DNA of 46,211 nucleotides, the filler included, from Catajapyx aquilonaris (Eukaryota), in the NCBI GenBank assembly GCA_000934665.2. It is 2 parts of 2 records of this genome, joined end to end, with 100 filler letters (N's around TTAATTAATTAA, not from the genome) between each part and the next. Parts side by side here need not be neighbours in the genome. Positions count along the whole stretch, not along the records: positions 23,171 to 46,211 come from JYFJ02005765.1; 1 more part is not named here. One strand, written 5' to 3'. Position 1 is the first letter of the stretch; each line of letters opens with the position of its first letter. Of the stretch, positions 38,537-46,211 are shown piece by piece. The notes below the pieces were generated by a model. It saw nothing but the letters and a program-made list of their open reading frames with translations, did not search any database and was not told where the DNA came from. The translations under genes and the position numbers were made by a program.

Positions 38537-39241
38537 TATACAATCATTCTTTGAACAATGCCTAAAATGATAGCTAATTCAAAAATAAACATCCACTTCT
38601 TGTTATATACTTTTTTTTTAAATGGCAAACAGTTCATTGTAATGGTAATTTTAATAATGCATTTTAATTCCGTTGGGGTCCGACAAGACCCCATGGCACA
38701 GTTCCAGGGTTAATAAATTTTGTATGAAATGAAAAATGGCAGGCCTATATTCCTCGGACATACTTTCTTCGATCCAATGAATAAACTGCCTGCACGCAAC
38801 TTTCGCCTTAACATATGTTGTGCCTCGGGTGTTTCATCACAGGATGCCATAAACGTCGGCCATAAAAGTGTAAAGCCCAAGGGGGGGGTTTTTTTTCCCA
38901 CAGTTTTTAACTAAGTAGTAGTATCCATTGACAAAATTAATTTTTACCAGGCCCTTTCGAGATATTTGACCTTGAAATCTGCAAATTTCGAACTTTTCTA
39001 ATTTTGGACCGGATAATCGGCCAGAAGGGCTTGCAAACCCGGATTTATTTCAGTATGGCTGGATACCATTCCAGTCGAAGTCCTTGAAAAAAAAAGTTCC
39101 ACCCTGGGATTTCAAGCCCTTTTGGTTTTACAGGCCTTTGAAATTGGAAAAAAAATGTATCATTTTGATAGTTATATTGAAGCCCATTAAAGTCCCAGTT
39201 ACCAAAGTTTTATCCCACATGTATGTATACATATTCTGATA

Positions 39242-39645
39242 GACCGAAGCAGTGGTAGCAGAGGGGATTTGGTATCCGGCTGCAAATCGGGAGGTCCAGG
39301 GATCAAATCCCCAGGCCGGTAACTCTGACCGTGGTTTTCTGTGGTTTCCCACGGTCACCCCCAGGTGAATACCGGAGTTGTTTCCTAATCGTAGGCCACA
39401 GCCGCTTCCTACCTTTCCTATCCATGTCCCACACTGGAGGAGGTGCAGTGTTTGTGGGAGGTCTCTGACCCGCATCTAGAGGGTCGTCTTTCAACCTAAG
39501 CCCTCTGGGGGACTGCACACGGCCTCCGCCATGAGACATTGCACTTGCACCACTGTCCCCCCCTCCATCCTAGCACCGGAGAGATTGAAAATGGTCGAAA
39601 AACCTCCCCCCTATATAAGCCTGAAGGCTTCAAGGGGTGTAATTA

Positions 39646-39688
<43 letters not shown>
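39242..39688 (+). mobile_element. tRNA-derived SINE, copy 3 (full length, (AT)n tail)
   Basis: Same head and body as copy 2, different 3' half, ends in (AT)n; TSD ATATTCTGATA at 39231-39241 and 39689-39699. Confidence 0.88.
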
Positions 39689-39694
<6 letters not shown>

Positions 39695-40009
39695 TGATAG
39701 GCCAAGATCTCTACTTTCAGGAAGTGAAAACCAGAACATCCTATCTTGAATAGACACCAAAAAGTAGCCTTTTTTCAGAAATGCTTGGTTTTGCTCGCCG
39801 CGGTGAAGAAAAATGAGTATAAATTCAACATGGTGGCGGATTTAAAAAAATAACAAAAATTGTTTTGAGCAAGTCAATATTAAGGCCACCCATGGTGAAA
39901 ATATTAAAAATTAACTAGAGGATCGAGCAACCACCACTGGGCCATTTCACATGGAATGACCCAATTGATAGAGATCGGTAGTAATGATATAAAAAGTACC
40001 TTATTGAAG

Positions 40010-40600
40010 CCATTAATTCATAAGCTGAAATACCATAATTATAATTAAATAGATAACTAAATGGGTAAAATAATTAATAGTAATAATATAAGCAATATAT
40101 TATTCAAGTAATTAAGTAATACATAAGGTACCCTAATTCATTATAATTAAATAATGAAAAGAAAAAAAGTAATTGGTAATAATAATTATATAGAATATTG
40201 TAGATAGTACAAATTCATAAGCTGTATTATAATTATAATTAAATAACTAACCCAGTAAAATAATTAGTAATAATACAAGCAATATATTATTCAAGTAATT
40301 AAGTAATACGTAAGGTGTAATACCATATAATTCATTATAAATAAATAATGAAAGGAATAAAAATAATTGTTAGTAATATAGATAATACATTATTCAAGCG
40401 TCAAGTAATATTCATAAGCTGTAATGTACCATAATTTAAATTAAATAAATAAATAAAGAGTACAAATAATTAGTAATAATAATAATATAAGTAATACATT
40501 ATTCACAAGCAATTAGTAATTAATAAGCTGTAATGCCATTATATTTAAATAAATTATTAAATGAGTAAAAATTATTAGTAGTAATAACATAATTATATGT
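40010..40600. repeat. Degenerate AT-rich tandem repeat (~100/200-bp period)
   Basis: Recurrent cataagctgta..ccataatt..gtaaaataattagtaataat..tattattcaag blocks. Confidence 0.7.
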
Positions 40601-41029
40601 ACAAGTGGTGTTCAGAAAGTTCACGACTTTTATGATATTTTATTTTTCCACATCGTCTCCTTTCATGTTAATAAGCGTTGGAGTTTCTCCCATTGTTCTC
40701 TCCGGCCCCCCCAAAAAATTGTTTTTTTAAAACCCCACCCAACATCTCCACAGCAGAAATCACTTTATAGACAGATCCGTGGACCCTTCCATGAAGTTGA
40801 TTTTGATATTGGGGAGTAGGAAGTCGTTTTGTAGCACTAACCATGCGAAAGAGTCATCCTTGTCACAGAAAATAAAATCATGAGTTGGTCTGTGACAAGT
40901 GGTCGAGAGGTCATCACGGTAATTAAAACAATAAATATTTGAAAATTGGTCGGAGGAATGAGATATATGTAATCAATAGGCAATTAATGCAGGATAATAT
41001 CTTTTCCAGAGCATATTTGAAGAGATGAG

Positions 41030-43149
41030 ATGGATCCCATGCCCTTCCTGTATGCCTGCAAGGAGGGGAATCTGCAGGAGGTGACCCAGATGGTTTGGTG
41101 GAGTGGCGGGCTTCCGGGTGTTGTGAACTTGCGGGACGGATGGGGCGACACTGGACTCCATGTTGCTGTCAAGAGAAGAAGGGTGGGCGTGATCACGTAT
41201 CTCTTGGATTTGGGTTGGCCCATGGATCAGGAGGGCGAGTACAACAAGACCCCTCTGCACTACGCGTGCGAGACAGGCCACTACCGCACCTGCAATACAC
41301 TGGTGCTACGAGGAGCAAACATCCATGCCAAGGACGTGTTTGGAGATACGCCCTTGCACCTGGCTTCGTACGGAGGCTATTTCTGGATAGTCAGTCTCTT
41401 ACTGGATGCTGGGGCATGGCCAGAAGAACATGGAGCAAACCACAGGACACCGCTGCACTGTGCCGCATACAACTCTCGGCTGAAGGTGGCTGAGATGCTC
41501 ATTGATAGTGGGGCGGACATCATGGCAGTGGATGAGGAACACATCACTGCATTGAACATCGCTGTGCTAAACGTGGATCAGGATATGGCCAGTGTAATTA
41601 AAGCGGTGAGTCTTCATTGTTAGCACTTGAGCATCTTCCACTCCTGCTTTTGTGCTTGACAGGGGCACCAGAAATACTTCCTGAACGCTTGCTGGGAAGG
41701 CCGGCTGGACAGAGTGAAAAAAATGGCTGAAAGTGAAGGAATTGTACGACTGACCGAGATGAGGAACGATATGGGGAGGAGCGGGATTCATCTGGCTGTA
41801 ATGGGAGGCAGGACGTCAGTGGCCAACTACCTCTTGAGCGTCGGGTGGCCTCTAGAGCAAAGCTGCAGCAGTCACGAAAGGACTCCTCTTCAGTACGCAT
41901 CATTAAATGGCGATTTGCACCTCGTCCAGGTTCTGATAGGAAAAGGGGCAAATGTTGAAGCGAAGGACAACTGTGGGTATACACCTATTCATCTCGCCAC
42001 ATGCAGAGGCCACGCTGACTTGGTTGCCCTCCTTCTGCGGAGCAATGCTAACGTCGAGATCTCGGACAACACAGGCAGGACACCTCTGCACTGTGCGGCA
42101 TTCAAAGGAAGGAGCCGGGTTGTCCTACACCTGCTTGCAAACAGAGCCCAACAAACGGCCCAGGACAAAGACAAAATGACTCCTCTTGATCTGGCCAGGA
42201 AGGAAGGAAAAGAAGAAATTGTAAGGATTCTGGAAGTAAGTACTTCTGATGTTTGGAAGCAAAATCAATCATCAATTTATTTGTTTATTTATTTATTTAC
42301 TTACTCATATGTATGTATGTGTATGCTTGTACAGTTTACTCCAGATGTAACGACCTCGGCTGTAGTGACTTTCGGTAATAACAATCTCGAATTTGCTGGT
42401 CCCGCCATACTTCCATAAGGCCCTGTGTACGTTGCAAAGTACGTATAATTACCTCTCAATACGCAGGTGAGTCCGCAGGCGTTTCTGGGCAGCTGTATGA
42501 AAGGAGAGCTGGACAAGATCAAAGCGGATGCTGAGGTATCGGAAGGGATGATTGAATGGCTGTCACAAATGAGTGACTGGGATGGACACAGCGGCCTGCA
42601 CTTGGCGGCAAAGGAGGGAAGGGCCGAAGTCATTGCGTACCTTTTGGACCTACAATGGCCAGTTGATCAGAGGAACAGGGAAGGCAACTCTGCCCTTCAT
42701 CTGGCTGCTGGAAGGGGTGACCTCTGCACATGCGAGGTCCTGATGCAAAGAGGGGCAAAGGTCAACCTGAGGAATAGGGACGGACATGAGCCCATCCACC
42801 TGGCCGCCGTGAAAGGCCATACATTGACAGTCATATTTCTTCTGCGATCTGGAGCCAAGGTTGATCTCATGGATAGCAATTGCCAGTTGATGACAGAGGT
42901 AAATGATCAGTAATCAATATTGTAATTATTTTGAAAAAAAGGTGTCCTTGTGAGCCAAAACGTGTGTAAGTCTACGCTCGCAGTATGTCTAATTGCATAT
43001 CTTTTCAGGACATGAGGAATGTCATTGGCAGCGTTACCACCCCCACACCTTGTCAGGAAACCTTGTCGGCACCTCCTGAAGATGAAGTACAGTTTGTTTG
43101 CGCTTACAATCGTAACTATACCGAAGTCGAGCTGTGTGATTCAGATTGA
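41030..43149 (+). CDS. Ankyrin-repeat protein, three exon modules (~573 aa; may have upstream exons)
   Basis: Exons 41030-41605, 41663-42235, 42467-42898, 43009-43149, all phase 0 GT-AG. Many TPLH motifs. An acceptor-like cttttccag at ~41001-41009 suggests an upstream exon; the last exon is less certain. Confidence 0.85.
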
Positions 43150-44006
43150 GATCCTGCCCTTCCGACAGAAATGTTTGCTGCTTATTATTTCATAATTCCC
43201 AGTTATTTTCATAGACCGTTCTTATCAGTGATACGTTTGGCGGAACGTACTGAGGCTTTGATTTAGTTTCTGTCCCTCCAATACACCAAACATTTCATGT
43301 AGGCATTACTATTAGTCTATTACACATGTGACCTTTTTTAAACTGAAGAGTACAATTTTGGAAAAAAGTCACAACCGATTTTTTTTAGTAAGAGCAATTA
43401 AAGTGACCAATTATTGGCAGGGCTTAATGCGTCCAGTTTATGCCATATTTAGATTATGGACCAGAATTACATGCAGAAATGAAGATAATTAGTTGATCAT
43501 GAGTTACATTGTAATGTTGGATTTTGCATAGGAAAAAAAACGGGTATAAAATAACAAAGGTCATACTTTGGAAAGTGGAATGAAATGTTTAAACTCTGCG
43601 CTTTTCTGCTGCAAGACCTGTTTTGATCAATGAAGAAAATGAGTGAATACAAGCGCAACAGCAGAGGATTGGATCTCGGGACAAAGTGTATCTGCGAAAG
43701 GACCTACTTTCTATTCTGTTTATATGGAGTTTTTGTTTTCAGTTATTTAATTTATTTTACACTGTGAGATTAGTGAAGTGGCGACATGAAAGACTCAGAA
43801 AGAAATTAGGTCAAGGCTGTAATTGTGCTGGTGATGTTCCTGCGTGGTCAGGACTGTCTGCATTTATGTATGGTAAATCCATAGCAAGTAATTAAATCCT
43901 GTGGATCAACCGCTTGTTCAGGATTCACCGTCAATCATGCAACAAGCCGTGAGTCCAATAACAGGTGATAGTGTCTGATGCAAAACAAGTGACGAATAAA
44001 AAAACG

Positions 44007-44269
44007 TGATGTTAATCGAAAGAACGATGTTTTACCGCCTCCTAGTCAAAGGAAATATGCCAAACGCACCTCTGGAATCTTCCGCTTTTCCTAAGCAGTG
44101 TCAACAAAAAAGAACAATGTTTACTCTTATTGTTGTGTGAGGAAGATGTCTCCATGCTGGAAACAGGAAAAGTGGAAGGTTCCAGAGGTGCGTTTGGCAG
44201 ATTTCCGTTGACTGGGAGTCGGTAAACAAAACGATGAAGTCAGATCGTTCTTTCGTTTAACGGACATCA
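44007..44269. mobile_element. Imperfect inverted-repeat (MITE-like) element
   Basis: tttaccgcctcctagtcaaaggaaatatgccaaacgcacctctggaatcttccgcttttcct pairs with aggaaaagtggaaggttccagaggtgcgtttggcagatttccgttgactgggagtcggtaaa; outer arms cgaaagaacgat / atcgttctttcg. Confidence 0.7.
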
Positions 44270-46211
44270 TAAATCATGTAAAGTGATCCGGGTAATAAAA
44301 TTACTTGCATTTTACCTTTAGTCTCATGTATTACAATTTATCAATGCATTATAGCAAAACATGTCGGGGAGATGTTGGCTGCAGAGATGGTTTATCTCCC
44401 AGCAGCAATTTCTGCAAAAAAATATATATAATTACTCACTGGATGCAATGAAGGAAGTGAGGAGCCNTACAGAAAATGTCACCAGATATGTCTCACTGCG
44501 GCTCACATATGAATGTACACAACAGATGGGACTTGATATTTTACATGTCGTGAACGCTCTGAAAAATTTGGTTGGAATAATTAGCTATAATATATTACTA
44601 GCAGGTTACTCGGGATGGTCCAGTCATATTGTGGTGGTAGTGGTCAGATTATCCATATCTACAGTATATTAGTAATAATTAATAAATAATTGTGTGTAGT
44701 GCCATACCTCGGCTTGAGGTCTGGGCACGGGTGTTTATTTTTGTCAAGATGGTTCATTAGTTCTGACAACTTGTAGAATGGCCCTTGGTCCAAGGGCAGG
44801 GTGACTGGGAGGGGATGTGCAGGGCAATGTTGGCACTATGGTCATTTTGTGAGCTTCCCCGGGTGGTTCGTCTATCGGAAATCCCACCCTAGGCGAAGCT
44901 GGAGATGACCCCGAACTCCGCATGAGATGAAAGGGGGGAATGCCCAGGCCGGTTTGAAAATGACATTATAAAATGTTTAAATTGAAAAATAGTGAAAAAT
45001 ATGACGATATCAACACAATCTGAACATAAGCACAACATTTCAACACTTTTGAGGCCAAACGCACAACCATGAAATAATGCTATTTTTTGTCTTTCGTGCT
45101 GGTGTCTTGTGGCGGGTGCTATCAATGCTTGCATCTATGGAAATTACTTGAAGATGCAGGGTGATTGCCTCCACAGTCTTGTGCACAAGTCTCCTTACCT
45201 ATAGTAATTAGCCCGATAAACATACCATCGGAAGTATGCAAATCCTGGTCGAGAGATGAGCTTGAATGCAAAACTTCTGTTTCGCAGGAATTTTATTAGT
45301 GCCCGTAACATTCTGCAATACTATTGTTAACATACTGTCAAATTAAGGAATGGTATCCTGGAGGATAATGAAGCATTAAAATGGATGCACAATCAACTTC
45401 GGTTAATGAAACCTGGCGGTGCGAAGAGCATTGGAATGCATTTTTGAAAAATCCAGTCAATTCCTAATAAGGAAACCGTGTAATGAACATACTCATTATG
45501 TCATATAGTACATTTAATACAATGAAATATTCAGGAGTCGTCAAATATATACAATATTTGAAATATATACTACAACAATAAATTACGCGGTACCAGTTTG
45601 AATGGGAGTGGTTGGAGACTCCTTCCGCTAGGGGCAAACAGCAGCTACGCCACCTAGGCGGCCTCGTCCGAACTTCTAAGCAGCGGAGGAGCCTGGGCGC
45701 CACCACGAGAGAGTGTCCGCACTCGCTCTCGTCTACCCGACGTCACGCGATGACGTCACCTTTTCTAAATGGCCTACCACTCGCTAGAGTCTGTCGTGGC
45801 GCCACTAACCATTTTCGGCAGCGCTAATTAAATTATTTTAAATAATTACGTTTGCCTATGAACTTTAATGACATAATAGTGACATTTAATAACAAATACA
45901 CATGCAATTTTGTAAACTATTATCAAGTAAATAAAGACCACGTCACGTGACATATTCCAAAACATTCGAATCGGAGTTATTTCACGGACGAAAAGAGATG
46001 GACTGGAAACTTGGGCCGATATCGCAATTTTCCTTGCCCCGTTTTTTGTCCATTTAGTTCTAGTGCTTCCCGCTTCGGCCGCAGGGCGCCGCGTTCCATC
46101 TTCCTCTCACTGTAGCCAGCTGTGGCGCGCGTGATTTGACTGGTTTCTGCTGGGATCATAATTCACTTACTAAAAAGGTGCCGTAACATAACGCAGGTGG
46201 TGGGGAGAGGC

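Larger units (their letters stand above)
37964..38709. mobile_element. piggyBac-like MITE carrying nested insertions
   Basis: TTAA|CCCTGGAAC..GTTCCAGGG|TTAA; the internal sequence matches 33112-33350 once the insert is removed. Confidence 0.85.

Noticed and set aside
26699..43149. Recent Wolbachia or viral insertion as the source of the ankyrin genes
   Set aside because: Both genes have canonical spliceosomal introns, flank host genes such as ZMAT2, and one ends in a eukaryotic RING. An ancient transfer cannot be excluded, but nothing here supports it.
45610..45830. CpG-rich patch with a CRE (TGACGTCA) and a CTCF-like motif as the promoter of a further gene
   Set aside because: No linked exon is identifiable within the window; the motifs alone are insufficient.

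Overview
Eukaryotic (arthropod-like, probably insect) genomic DNA with spliceosomal introns. It is two contigs joined by an artificial 100-bp linker (44N-TTAATTAATTAA-44N, 23071-23170). The left contig holds a tRNA-derived SINE, several MITEs, a tRNA-Asn(GTT) gene and the 3' four exons of a minus-strand C2H2 zinc-finger transcription factor with polyQ/A/G tracts and in-frame alternative donors. The right contig holds a 7-8 exon ankyrin-repeat gene ending in an RNF34/RFFL-like HeH+RING tail, ZMAT2 (Snu23), a divergent NSL1-like kinetochore gene and a second ankyrin paralog built from the same exon modules. It also contains satellites, two more SINE copies and a three-level nested MITE. The most interesting element is the pair of exon-modular ankyrin genes, one apparently grafted onto an RNF34-type E3 ligase tail. 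All family assignments are from recalled motifs; no database search was run.
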